Below are positions 30,067 through 39,899 of a stretch of 64,000 bases of DNA, in pieces. A program made the translations under genes and the position numbers. The stretch comes from an uncultured Gemmatimonadales bacterium (GTDB lineage Bacteria; Gemmatimonadota; Gemmatimonadetes; Gemmatimonadales; Gemmatimonadaceae), in assembly GCA_963707505.1 (NCBI GenBank), contig CAVPQB010000004.1, forward strand, positions 768,001 through 832,000, in the 5' to 3' direction. Below the pieces are notes generated by a model, which worked only from the letters and a program-made list of their open reading frames with translations, was not told the origin of the DNA and did not search any database. Positions within the stretch are counted from its first letter, which is position 1. Every line of letters starts with the position of its first letter.

Positions 30067-32478
30067 ATGTCAAATCAACGCGTTTCAGCGCGCGTGGTGG
30101 CGTGTGCGCTCTCCCTGGCCGCGTGCGTCGCCGCCGTTCCAGCGCACGCTTTCGCACTGTCATCAGTCGCGGAAGTCACCGATGCCGGCATCGGCCCGAT
30201 GGCACGTGGCGATCTCACCGGCACAGTAACCGATAGCGCATCCGGTCAACCGCTTCCCAGTGCCGAGGTGAGCGTGATGCAGGGTGGCCGCATCGTGCTC
30301 ACAGCAAGCACCGATGCTTTCGGCCGGTACATCGCGCACGACCTTCCATCCGGCACGTACACCATCAACGTGCGCCTGATCGGCTTTCGGATTCAATCGC
30401 GTGATGTAGCCGTTGGTCCCTCGGGCGACATTCGCGCAGACTTTCGCTTACCGGTGGTAGCGCTGAGTCTCTCTTCAGTTGCTGTAACCGCTGCGATTCC
30501 GCTCGCAGTCGATACGAGGTCCGGCGATCAACGCTTCAAGCAGGACTCATATCACGGCGCGCCGACCAACACCACATCGCAGATCCTTCAGCAGTCGATT
30601 GCCGGCGCAGCTCGTGCACCGACGGGTGAGGTACACATCCGCGGGCAGCACGCCGAGTACACGTATTATGTCGATGGTGTACCCGTGCCGGCTGGAATAT
30701 CTGGCAGCCTCAACGAGCTGTTCGATCCCAGTATCGTGAACCAGATCGATTTTCAGACAGGTGGCTGGGACGCAGAGTATGGAAACAAGAATGCCGCCGT
30801 TGTGAACGTCCAGACGCGCATTCCTGTCGGCGGATTTCATAGCACCATCTCCGGGTACGGCGGCTCGTTCAACACGAACGGCGAGGGAATCACGGCGAGC
30901 ACGAACAGCGGCCCGTGGGGATTCTTCGTTTCAGGCAGTCGCAAATCCACTGACATGCGACTGGAACCCGTAGTTTTCGATACCGCGCGCGACAAGGTGG
31001 TCAACTTCCACAACCATGGAGAGGATTACTCCGCCTTCGCCAAGGTGCAATACACCCCGAACGCATCCAACGTGTTCGACCTCGACGCGAGCCTCTCGAC
31101 GACGCGTTTCCAGGTGCCCTATGATTCGACCGGTAACGTCGTGCTGGATGACCATCAGCGCGATCGCAACGCGTTCGTGAACCTCGGCTATCGTCACATC
31201 TTCGGCGCTGACACGACCGCCGGAGTCGAAGGCGGTGCGACCACGCAGTCTCGCGTGGCGGAGCTGTTCGTTGGAGGCTTCGTGCGATCCGGTGGGTTGA
31301 TGTACATGCCGGGCGCTGGCGACTCTGCGCAATTCGTGTTCTTTCCAGATACGCTCAACGCGTACAACCTGCGCGAAAATCGCAATTTCACGACGTACGG
31401 CATCAAGGCCGACTACACCGTGCATCCTGCGCGCGAGTTGGAATTCAAGTTCGGAACGCTGAGCCAGTACACGACTGGCCACGAAGATTTCGTCACCACG
31501 ACGAATTCCGGCGCGTCGGGTCCTGCATCCAATTCGAATCTCAAGGGATACGATGTCGGTGGATACGCCCAGACCTCGTACTCTCCAATTGAGCGGTTCG
31601 AGATCAGAGCCGGTGTTCGCTACGACGCGCATAATGCACCATTTGCCGGGACACAGACTCAACTGAGTCCCCGTATTCGACTCAACTTCTTCCCGGACCC
31701 TGGCAACACATTCTACCTGTACTACGGGCGACTCTTCGTTCCGACCAACGTCGAGGATCTCCGCGCGATTACGAGCGTCGCACAGCAGGGAGTCACCGCA
31801 GCACCAACGCTGCCGGAGCGCGACAACTTCTACGAGGCCGGGTACATTCACCGCTTCCCGTTCGGCCTCGTGTCCAAGTTTGCGGGCTACCACAAGCAGA
31901 GTACGCCGGGCATCGATGACAACACGGTCCCAGGCTCAGCTGTCGTCACGTCGGTGAACATTGCGCAGGTACGCATCACTGGACTCGAGACTGTACAGGA
32001 CTTCCGCCCACCCGGTCCATTCTCGGCGTACCTCAACGTCGCGCTCAACCATGCGTATGGCCAGGGACCCATCACCGGAGGCTTTTTCCCGACTGATACG
32101 CCGCAGGGATACTTCGATCTTGATCACGATCAGCGGCTTTCCGGCACGATCAGCGCGACGTATGCACCGGGTCACTTCTACACGAGCTACACCGGTACGT
32201 ATGGATCGGGTCTTACGAACGGCCTCCAGCCGGCTGATTGCAGCTGCTCGTACGGCACGGCATTGCTCGACTTCAACAAGGGGACCCACGTGAGCCCGAG
32301 CTACATCTCGAATGTGAGCGTCGGCTATTCCTTCGCTGTGGGCGGCTCGTTGGTTCGGCCGGAACTGTACGTCGATAACCTCTTCGACAAGAAATATCTG
32401 TTGAAGGGTGCATTTTTCAGCGGCGCATCCGTCGGGCGCCCACGCAGTGTTCAGATCCGCGTCAACATCGCGCAGTAG
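30067..32478 (+). CDS. TonB-dependent receptor with N-terminal carboxypeptidase-regulatory-like domain
   Basis: Signal peptide, GTVTDSASGQPLPSAEV domain, plug motif HIRG...YYVDGVPV, TGGWDAEYG, and a barrel ending DNLFDKKY...GRPRSVQIRVNI. Confidence 0.88.
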   Translation: MSNQRVSARVVACALSLAACVAAVPAHAFALSSVAEVTDAGIGPMARGDLTGTVTDSASGQPLPSAEVSVMQGGRIVLTASTDAFGRYIAHDLPSGTYTINVRLIGFRIQSRDVAVGPSGDIRADFRLPVVALSLSSVAVTAAIPLAVDTRSGDQRFKQDSYHGAPTNTTSQILQQSIAGAARAPTGEVHIRGQHAEYTYYVDGVPVPAGISGSLNELFDPSIVNQIDFQTGGWDAEYGNKNAAVVNVQTRIPVGGFHSTISGYGGSFNTNGEGITASTNSGPWGFFVSGSRKSTDMRLEPVVFDTARDKVVNFHNHGEDYSAFAKVQYTPNASNVFDLDASLSTTRFQVPYDSTGNVVLDDHQRDRNAFVNLGYRHIFGADTTAGVEGGATTQSRVAELFVGGFVRSGGLMYMPGAGDSAQFVFFPDTLNAYNLRENRNFTTYGIKADYTVHPARELEFKFGTLSQYTTGHEDFVTTTNSGASGPASNSNLKGYDVGGYAQTSYSPIERFEIRAGVRYDAHNAPFAGTQTQLSPRIRLNFFPDPGNTFYLYYGRLFVPTNVEDLRAITSVAQQGVTAAPTLPERDNFYEAGYIHRFPFGLVSKFAGYHKQSTPGIDDNTVPGSAVVTSVNIAQVRITGLETVQDFRPPGPFSAYLNVALNHAYGQGPITGGFFPTDTPQGYFDLDHDQRLSGTISATYAPGHFYTSYTGTYGSGLTNGLQPADCSCSYGTALLDFNKGTHVSPSYISNVSVGYSFAVGGSLVRPELYVDNLFDKKYLLKGAFFSGASVGRPRSVQIRVNIAQ

Positions 32479-32487
32479 CCCGCACCC

Positions 32488-32536
32488 GCGATCGCGTGGG
32501 GAAGGGCACCGACACGCCCATTCCCCGCTCGATCGC
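32488..32536 (+). terminator. Long GC-rich hairpin after the receptor gene
   Basis: gcgatcg..tggggaa.gggc / gccc.ttccccg..cgatcgc imperfect stem with no U-tract; may be a stabilising or processing hairpin instead. Confidence 0.4.
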
Positions 32537-32672
32537 CCTCGTCACCGCAGTGAGCCGATTGTACCACATCCTGGCCATGCAATGCGTACATTGGACGGGT
32601 CGATCGCGGACTGGGTGAACGGATGCAAATCCTGCCGCCGCGAGGTGGAATTTTCATTCGGGGCGAACAGTC

Positions 32673-33467
32673 ATGTTACTGACACGAACAGTGTGTGCGG
32701 CGAGACGAACGGCGTTTGCGATGGCAGCAGTGTGCGCGATGACGAGTGCGGTCGCGGCGCAGGACAACACGGAGATTCAGGTCTACGGCGCGGAGACCGT
32801 CGCCGCCGGCCGTACGATGCTCGAGCTGCACAGCAACTTCACCGATCGCGGGAGATCCACGACCGAGGACGGCGTGCAGCCGACGCTACACGCGATGCAC
32901 GAGACGGTCGAGGTCACTCACGGCTTCACACCGTGGTTCGAGGTCGGTTTCTACACGTTCACCACCGTCCAGCCCGATGGACAGTTCGAGTACGTCGGCA
33001 ACCACGTTCGGCCGCGCTTCAGAATACCCGAGTCGTGGGGATTGCCCGTTGGACTCAGTCTGTCGCAGGAAGTCGGCTACCAGCGCAGTCTCTTCTCTGT
33101 CGATACATGGAGCTGGGAAATTCGCCCGATCGTCGACCAGACGCTCGGAAGATTCTACTGGGCTCTGAATCCGACCTTCGAGCGCACGCTCAAGGGGCCC
33201 GATGTCGTCAAGGGATTCGAATTCACACCGAACGCCAAGATCGCATTCGACGTTACCAAACTCGTCACGGCGGGCTTTGAATATTACGGGGCGATGGGCG
33301 ACGTGAGGCACTTCGATCCGTGGCAACAGCAGAGCCACGAGATCTATCCCGCGATCGATCTGAATCTCGGCCCTGACTGGGAAGTCAATTTCGGTGTGAG
33401 CGTTCCGGTCTCGAAGGGTGTCGAGGACCGGCGGGTAATCAAACTCATCACCGGCCGCCGCTTCTGA
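32673..33467 (+). CDS. Hypothetical outer-membrane beta-barrel protein
   Basis: Signal peptide ending AVAA-QD, alternating beta-strand pattern, C-terminal Phe (ITGRRF). Confidence 0.7.
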   Translation: MLLTRTVCAARRTAFAMAAVCAMTSAVAAQDNTEIQVYGAETVAAGRTMLELHSNFTDRGRSTTEDGVQPTLHAMHETVEVTHGFTPWFEVGFYTFTTVQPDGQFEYVGNHVRPRFRIPESWGLPVGLSLSQEVGYQRSLFSVDTWSWEIRPIVDQTLGRFYWALNPTFERTLKGPDVVKGFEFTPNAKIAFDVTKLVTAGFEYYGAMGDVRHFDPWQQQSHEIYPAIDLNLGPDWEVNFGVSVPVSKGVEDRRVIKLITGRRF

Positions 33468-35025
33468 GCTCCGGTATCGGATCTCCGTTGGGAAAAACGC
33501 GCGCTGGCGGCGACAGGTTGCCTGTTCGACCCACCGCGTAAACCCACACTTCGCGCGGTGACTTATCGCCACGTCCGGCAAGGAAGTGCGTCTGCTCCGA
33601 GCCAGGAATTATCTGTGTAGTCCAGCCGGCAGATGTGCGCGCCTGGACGACCCACAGCCACGGAGCTTTTTCGCCGTTGGCTGGATCCATGTCGATCACC
33701 ATCTCGCCCGATGCAGCGTCGAGCCGCGGCTGCGCGGCGGGACGTCCCGGAGCAATCGAGTCGAGCCACGGTGATGCCGGCACGAGCGCGGGTTGCGCGT
33801 AGCTGTCACGCGTCAGACGCTCGTCCAGGCTGTCCGGATCCTGCATCAACACGTTCATGCTGAACAGAACGTCACCACTCGCACCGGTCTGGGCGCGCGT
33901 GAGCCGGATCAAATCCAGAATTTCACGGGCACCGCGCCCCTTGGGCGCAGTATCCTTTGCGAGTCCGGCATTGAGACCGGCCCAGACATGACGCCGGTAA
34001 GTGTTCTGTGAGACCCACCACGCGAGCAATTGCGAGAAATTCTGCTGCGGCCTGCCAACCGGCCAGTACAGCTGCGGAACGAGATAATCGACCCAGCCAT
34101 TATTCAGCCACTTGCGCGAGTCAGCAAAAATTTCCTCGTACGAGTCGAGCCCTCGCACCGATGACGGATATCCCGGTCGCCAGATCCCGAACGGGCTGAT
34201 ACCGAAACGCACCCACGGCTTCACCGCATGGATCTCGGCGCCGAGGCGTTGCACGAGAGCGTCGACGTTGTTGCGCCGCCAGTCACTCAGCGACATCGTG
34301 CCGCCACCGCTCCTGTACCGCTTGTACGCCGCGGCGTCGGGGAAGGGAATCGTGCGCCCCGACCGGTCGCTCTCACGATACGGATAGAAGTAATCGTCGA
34401 CGTGAATCGCGTCGACATCGTACCGCCTGGTGACGTCAACGATGGCGCGAACAGTGCGAGCCACCACGGCGGGATCACTCGGATCCATCCATACCTGCGG
34501 TCCGTAATGGCGAATTACCTGTGGATCGGTACGCGACACGTGCGATGGCGCAGCGTCACCCGGACTTGCGGGCTGCAGCGCGCGGTATGGATTGAACCAT
34601 GCATGCACCTCCAATCCACGGGCGTGCGCCTCGCGCACGACGAAAGCGAGCGGATCGTAGTAGGGCTCCGGCGCGCGTCCCATCCGTCCGCTCAGGAACG
34701 GTGACCATGGCTCGTGGTCGGACTGGTACAGTGCATCCGCTTCCGGCCGCACCTGAAAGATCACCGCATTCAGGTGCATTTCCACCGCACGATTGAGCAG
34801 CGCGATCATCTCGGCCTGCTGCTCCCACGTGCTGAGACCAGTGCGCGAGGGCCAGTCCATGTTGTTGACCGTCGCGATCCACACTCCACGAAACTCGCGC
34901 GAGATTGGGGGCGGTAAGCTGTCCGGTCGTGCCGTGACTGGTTGTGCTGCAGAAGTTGCAGCGGCGACGAAAAATGCGGCTGGTGCCGCCGCCTTGCGAA
35001 GGAGCGAAAAGAAACTAATTGCCAT
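33448..35025 (-). CDS. GHL10-family glycosyl hydrolase (YddW/DigH-like)
   Basis: REFRGVWIATVNNMDWPS, AVIFQVRP, EAHARGLEVHAWFNPYR, YDVDAIHVDDYFYPY, FGISPFGIWR, DYLVPQLYW. Confidence 0.88.
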   Translation of the reverse strand: MAISFFSLLRKAAAPAAFFVAAATSAAQPVTARPDSLPPPISREFRGVWIATVNNMDWPSRTGLSTWEQQAEMIALLNRAVEMHLNAVIFQVRPEADALYQSDHEPWSPFLSGRMGRAPEPYYDPLAFVVREAHARGLEVHAWFNPYRALQPASPGDAAPSHVSRTDPQVIRHYGPQVWMDPSDPAVVARTVRAIVDVTRRYDVDAIHVDDYFYPYRESDRSGRTIPFPDAAAYKRYRSGGGTMSLSDWRRNNVDALVQRLGAEIHAVKPWVRFGISPFGIWRPGYPSSVRGLDSYEEIFADSRKWLNNGWVDYLVPQLYWPVGRPQQNFSQLLAWWVSQNTYRRHVWAGLNAGLAKDTAPKGRGAREILDLIRLTRAQTGASGDVLFSMNVLMQDPDSLDERLTRDSYAQPALVPASPWLDSIAPGRPAAQPRLDAASGEMVIDMDPANGEKAPWLWVVQARTSAGWTTQIIPGSEQTHFLAGRGDKSPREVWVYAVGRTGNLSPPARVFPNGDPIPELRSGGR

Positions 35026-35084
35026 TACATCTCTATCTCATTCAGGGGCACATGGTGCCCGCCTTGTTTTGTAAATGCCAACGA

Positions 35085-35969
35085 CTATTCGATGTAGCTG
35101 CGCAGACGCTCCAGCATCGTTCTGTCTGTGGTCTCGGCGTCGTTCCCCTTTGGAGTCTCGATCACCTTGGCCACGCGCGCGAGGCGCGGATCGTTCATGA
35201 CGTGCCGGAACGGGATCTCGCCAAGCTCGCCCTCAGCGATCAACGCATGGCGGTCCTTGTGAGTGCCGAGTCCGAACTTGGAGTCGTTGAGATGCATCAT
35301 GCGCAGGCGTCCGATGTCGAGTGTGTCACCGAACTTCTGCATGACGCCTTCATAATCGCCGACGACGTCGTACCCAGCCGCGTACACGTGACATGTATCC
35401 ATGCACACTCCGACGCGGCTTCGCACCTCGGGGGCAATTCGCTCGATTATGGTACTCAACTCCTCGAACGTCGCACCGAGCGCCGTGCCGCTGCCGGCTG
35501 TCGTCTCGAGGAGCAGAAGAGTGTCGCCAGGCGCCGCGGCCAGGCCGGCGCTTATCGAATCAGCATTCCGCGCGATTCCTGATGCACGATCGTCCATGTA
35601 GTTGCCCGGATGCGATACGAGATAGTGCAGTCCGAGCGCATTGCAGCGGCGCAGCTCCGAGATGAACGACTGGAGCGAGCGCTCCCGCAAGTCATCCTTG
35701 GGTGATGCAAGATTGATGAGATAGCTGTCGTGCGCACTTATCGCGCGCACTTCGGTTTCAGCGATTCCCGCGCGGAACGCCGAGCACTCTTCCGGCTCGC
35801 ATTCACGCTCCCGCCACTGATTGGCCATCTTGGTGAAGATCTGCATCGCCGTGGCGCCGACCGCTTTTGCGCGTCCTGGCGACGCGGGGACGCCGCCGGC
35901 GGTCGATATGTGTGCGCCCAGCAAGAGTGTTTCGTTATTCACACCGGCCTCCGGTGAAGACGGTTGCAT
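35085..35969 (-). CDS. nfo: Endonuclease IV (deoxyribonuclease IV)
   Basis: LGAHISTAGG, HDSYLINLAS, HPG, LETTAG, DTCH, HLNDSK...DRH, IETPK. Confidence 0.94.
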   Translation of the reverse strand: MQPSSPEAGVNNETLLLGAHISTAGGVPASPGRAKAVGATAMQIFTKMANQWRERECEPEECSAFRAGIAETEVRAISAHDSYLINLASPKDDLRERSLQSFISELRRCNALGLHYLVSHPGNYMDDRASGIARNADSISAGLAAAPGDTLLLLETTAGSGTALGATFEELSTIIERIAPEVRSRVGVCMDTCHVYAAGYDVVGDYEGVMQKFGDTLDIGRLRMMHLNDSKFGLGTHKDRHALIAEGELGEIPFRHVMNDPRLARVAKVIETPKGNDAETTDRTMLERLRSYIE

Positions 35970-35978
35970 CAGGTGTTG

Positions 35979-37163
35979 TCAGTGACCGCGCAGCCATGTA
36001 GCCGGATCTACCGCCGGCCCGCCGTGCCTGATCTCGAAATGCAGGTGCGGAGGAAGGTCAGGGTCCGACGTGCCGACCTCGCCCACTACCTGTCCCTTGG
36101 ATATGTGTGCGCCCTTCGCGACGTTGATCTTGCTGAGCGACCCGTACACCGAATAGTCGCCGCCGCCATGCTCGACGATGACGGTTTGCCCGTAAGTGCC
36201 GAGTTGCCCTGCGAGCACGACGTCACCCGCAGCTACCGCGCGCACCGACGTGCCCGGCGCCGCCGCGATGCCGATTCCATTCCAGCGGAGCGTCGTGTTG
36301 TCGGGACGCACTACACGGCCGAAGTTGTACAGGATGTTGCCGTCCACCGGCCAGTCCAGCTTGCCGTAATCCGACGTCTTGATCGAGCTTGCGCCGCGAG
36401 CGATGGCGCTCGCCTTGCTGCTTCCGCGTCGGCGCGCAGCCTCGATGGACGAGATGATGTCGTTCAGCTTGGACTCGCTGCGCTTGACCTGGGCCAGCCG
36501 CTGCTGCGTCTTGCGGGAGTCGGCCTGTACCTGCACCAGGCTCTTCTGGCGCTGGCTTTCGAGCGCCTGGAGCCGCGACTCTTCCTGCGCCTTCTCCAGC
36601 CGGTTCTGTTGCACGTCGCTCTGCAGGCTCACGAGCTGCCTTCTTCGTCCACGGATCGTGGTTCGAAGGTCGTCCATTCGCTTCACGAGCGCGCGATCGT
36701 GAACGGCAATCTCGTGCAGATACTTATATCGCGCGATGAGCTCGCCAAAGGAGTCGGCTGACAACAACGCCTGAAAATCGAATAATGGCCCGCGCTTGTA
36801 GATCTCGACGAGTCGGTGATTCAATATCGCGCGCTTCGCCTCCGCCTCGTCCTCGGCGCGGACGAGGCTCGACGTCGTTCCCTTGACCTCGTCCGTGATG
36901 AGGCCGAGCTGCTGGTCGAGCGACGTTACCACGCGTTTGGTGGCGTCGTGCTGCTTGTTGATGTTCTTCAGCTCGTCGTTCAGGGAGTGGGCGCTGGACT
37001 GCAGCTTGTTCATGCGCTGCTGAAGCTCCGCGCGCTCGCGCTTGATGCGGTCAAGCTCCTCGCGATTGCTCTTGAGACGCGCGTCGGTGTCCTGTCCGGC
37101 GAGCGCCATCGGCAACACAGGCAGCAACAGCATCGCGCTCAGCGCGATCACACTGTACTTCAC
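35979..37163 (-). CDS. envC: EnvC-like murein hydrolase activator (coiled coil plus M23 domain)
   Basis: Signal peptide, long coiled coil, LDWPVDG, WNGIGIAA (degenerate metal site), LHFEIR; follows ftsEX. Confidence 0.85.
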   Translation of the reverse strand: MKYSVIALSAMLLLPVLPMALAGQDTDARLKSNREELDRIKRERAELQQRMNKLQSSAHSLNDELKNINKQHDATKRVVTSLDQQLGLITDEVKGTTSSLVRAEDEAEAKRAILNHRLVEIYKRGPLFDFQALLSADSFGELIARYKYLHEIAVHDRALVKRMDDLRTTIRGRRRQLVSLQSDVQQNRLEKAQEESRLQALESQRQKSLVQVQADSRKTQQRLAQVKRSESKLNDIISSIEAARRRGSSKASAIARGASSIKTSDYGKLDWPVDGNILYNFGRVVRPDNTTLRWNGIGIAAAPGTSVRAVAAGDVVLAGQLGTYGQTVIVEHGGGDYSVYGSLSKINVAKGAHISKGQVVGEVGTSDPDLPPHLHFEIRHGGPAVDPATWLRGH

Positions 37164-38005
37164 AGCCGGCGCAGCTGCCGTCCCACGGCGAACGTGCTTC
37201 CCAGCAGACCGATTATCGCGCCGCCAATCACTCCCGCCGTAGCAAGCGCCGGATCGAAGAATTCAGTCCGCATGAACGAGTGACTGATGGCCGTACTCGT
37301 CGCCCACGTGAGACCGAGTGCGAGCAATCCGCCCATCACGCCCTGGATGAATCCCTCCAGTACGAACGGCATTCGGATGAATCCGTTGGTCGCGCCGACG
37401 AGTCGCATGATCTCGATCTCCCGGGCACGGGCCATCACCATGATCCGAATCGTCGCGCCGATGATGATCACGGCAACCGCCGCGAACGCGAGACCCAGTC
37501 CGGTGCCAACCAGCGTCGCGATCGTGCGCAGTCGGTACAGCTTCGCCACCCAGTCCTCGCCGTAGCGAACGTCATCCACGAAGTCGTAAGACTTGAGACG
37601 GTTCGCGACGGCCTGGACAGTGGTTGGGTCGCGATAGCCCGGCTTCAGCTTGATGTCCAGCGATGCAGGCAACACACCCGGCTCGAATACGTCGCTGAAC
37701 TCACCCAGCTCCTTGCGCGCACGCGCGTATGCGTCGTCCTGTGATACGTACGTCACGGACAGCACTTCCGGAAATGCGTGAATGTCACCCATGGCGGCGC
37801 TGGAGGCCTCGACTGGAGTGCCGTCGGCGATGAACGCTCTTATCTCGACGCGATTCTCGATCGCCTGCAACGCGTCGCGGATATTCACGGCAACGAGTCC
37901 GAACAGTCCGAATGCGAACAGTGAGAACGCGATGGTGACGACGCCCAGTACGCTCAGGAGCGGTGCGCGCCGAAACGCCGAGAATGCTTCGCGGAGCGCC
38001 ATCAT
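37160..38005 (-). CDS. ftsX: Cell division permease FtsX
   Basis: Four TM segments, REIEIMRLVGATNGFIRMPFVLEG. Confidence 0.92.
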   Translation of the reverse strand: MMALREAFSAFRRAPLLSVLGVVTIAFSLFAFGLFGLVAVNIRDALQAIENRVEIRAFIADGTPVEASSAAMGDIHAFPEVLSVTYVSQDDAYARARKELGEFSDVFEPGVLPASLDIKLKPGYRDPTTVQAVANRLKSYDFVDDVRYGEDWVAKLYRLRTIATLVGTGLGLAFAAVAVIIIGATIRIMVMARAREIEIMRLVGATNGFIRMPFVLEGFIQGVMGGLLALGLTWATSTAISHSFMRTEFFDPALATAGVIGGAIIGLLGSTFAVGRQLRRL

Positions 38006-38018
38006 ACGGGATTCCTGC

Positions 38019-38753
38019 TCATATCGGATTCTCGTCGTGATGGCTCGGTGCTACCACGCTCGGTGCCTTCTCGACCGGTGGCGCTTCCGCGCTGTCGTAA
38101 ACGAGACGTCCGTGGTTCAACTCGATCGTGCGGTATTCGGTGCGCCTGATCAGATCGAGATCGTGCGTCGCCATGATGACGGCGGTACCGGCGGTGTTGA
38201 TCTCGCGCAGAAGCTGAAAAACTCCGCGTGTCGCGCGCTCATCCAGATTGCCGGTCGGCTCGTCCGCGATGAGCACGAACGGATCGTTCACGAGTGCGCG
38301 CGCGATTGCGACACGCTGCTGCTCGCCGCCGGAAAGCTCCCGCGGCAGGGCGGTTCCCTTGGATGCGAGACCGACCTGCGTCAGTACGCGGCTCACGCGC
38401 TGCCTTATCATGTCGGCCGGTGTTCCGGTCACTTCCAGAGCGAACGCGATATTTGCCTCAGCCGAGCGGTCTTCCAGCAAACGGAAATCCTGAAACACGA
38501 TTCCCAGATGCCGGCGCACCATGGACACTTCCTTCCTCGACGCGTCGCGAGCGCTGACACCGTTGACCCACACGTCGCCAGCGGTTGGCCGCTCTTCCAT
38601 GTAGATCAGCTTGAGGATCGTGGACTTGCCCGACCCGCTCGGACCCGTGAGAAATGCGAATTCGCCCTTGTGCAACTGAAACGACGCGTGGCTCAGCGCC
38701 ACCCCGCCGCGCGTGTACTCCTTCGCGACGTTAAGAAACCGTACCAGACTCAA
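38019..38753 (-). CDS. ftsE: Cell division ATP-binding protein FtsE
   Basis: [40 protein letters not shown]; upstream of ftsX. Confidence 0.93.
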   Translation of the reverse strand: MSLVRFLNVAKEYTRGGVALSHASFQLHKGEFAFLTGPSGSGKSTILKLIYMEERPTAGDVWVNGVSARDASRKEVSMVRRHLGIVFQDFRLLEDRSAEANIAFALEVTGTPADMIRQRVSRVLTQVGLASKGTALPRELSGGEQQRVAIARALVNDPFVLIADEPTGNLDERATRGVFQLLREINTAGTAVIMATHDLDLIRRTEYRTIELNHGRLVYDSAEAPPVEKAPSVVAPSHHDENPI

Positions 38754-38760
38754 CCTTCAG

Positions 38761-39897
38761 CTACCTCAATGCCTGCTCAAAATCTGCAATCAAGTCGCCC
38801 GCATCCTCGAGTCCGACGCTGAAGCGCAGGAATCCGTCAGGAATCCCGATCTCGGCGCGCCCTTCCGGCGTCATCGCGGCGTGAGAAGTGTATCGCGGCT
38901 CACTCACCAGCGTATCCACCCCGCCCAGACTCGGCGCGTGCATCACCATCTCGAGCTTTTCAAGGAAACGCGTCGCGGCGTCGCCGCCACCGGCGAGCAC
39001 GAGCGCCATCATCCCGCCGAAGCCGTCGAGACACTGCTGCGCGATCTCGTGGTCCGGGTGTGATTCGAGGCCGGGATAGAGTACCTGGGCGAACTCGGGA
39101 CGCGTCTCGCACCACTGCGCCAACTTCATCGCGTTCTCGTTCTGTCGCCGCACGCGAACGTCCAGCGTCTTCATGCCGCGCTCCAGCAGCCACACGGAAA
39201 ACGGATCCGGCGACTGGCCCCATACGATCATCTTCCTGCGGACCTCTTCGACATAGGACGCAGTGCCGATCACCGCGCCACCCAGTACGTCGTGATGACC
39301 GTTGAGGTACTTGGTGGTGGAGTGAATGACGATGTCCGCGCCCTGTTCCAGCGGCCGGAAGTTGATGGGACTCGCAAAGGTGGAGTCGACTGCGAGCGCG
39401 ACGCCTTCAGCCTTGGCGAGATTGGCGAGCGAGCTCAGGTCGAGCACGCGACAGGTCGGGTTGACCGGCGACTCGACGAATATCGCGCGCGTCGTCTGGC
39501 GCAGCGCCTTGCGCCACATGCGCGGTGCAAGCGGATCGATCAGCGTGACTTCGATCCCCATGCCAGCCAGTTCCTGCGTGAAGAGCTTGTGCGTGCCGCC
39601 GTAAATCCACGAGCTGGAGAGCAGGTGATCGCCCGGTCGCAGCAGTGCCAGCATCGCGCAACCCGTTGCACCCATTCCACTCGATAGAGCGACCGCTGCC
39701 TCGCCGCCATCCAGCATCGCGAGCCTGCGTTCGACGACCTCCACATTCGGCGTGTTGCCGTATCGCCCGTACTTGAGACCTTCGGCGGTACCGAGCTCCT
39801 GAATGAAGCTCACCGACTGCGTGATCGGCGTGACAATCGGCGAGCCGGGCGGCAGATGCGTCGAGCCGCCGTGAAGCGGAATGGTTGACCGTCTCAT
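38761..39897 (-). CDS. PLP-dependent Cys/Met metabolism enzyme (cystathionine gamma-synthase/lyase family)
   Basis: YGRYGNTP, SSGMGA, ESPVNP, DSTFASP, HSTTKYLNGH, SLGGVDTL, RFSVGLED. Confidence 0.9.
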   Translation of the reverse strand: MRRSTIPLHGGSTHLPPGSPIVTPITQSVSFIQELGTAEGLKYGRYGNTPNVEVVERRLAMLDGGEAAVALSSGMGATGCAMLALLRPGDHLLSSSWIYGGTHKLFTQELAGMGIEVTLIDPLAPRMWRKALRQTTRAIFVESPVNPTCRVLDLSSLANLAKAEGVALAVDSTFASPINFRPLEQGADIVIHSTTKYLNGHHDVLGGAVIGTASYVEEVRRKMIVWGQSPDPFSVWLLERGMKTLDVRVRRQNENAMKLAQWCETRPEFAQVLYPGLESHPDHEIAQQCLDGFGGMMALVLAGGGDAATRFLEKLEMVMHAPSLGGVDTLVSEPRYTSHAAMTPEGRAEIGIPDGFLRFSVGLEDAGDLIADFEQALR

Positions 39898-39899
39898 TC

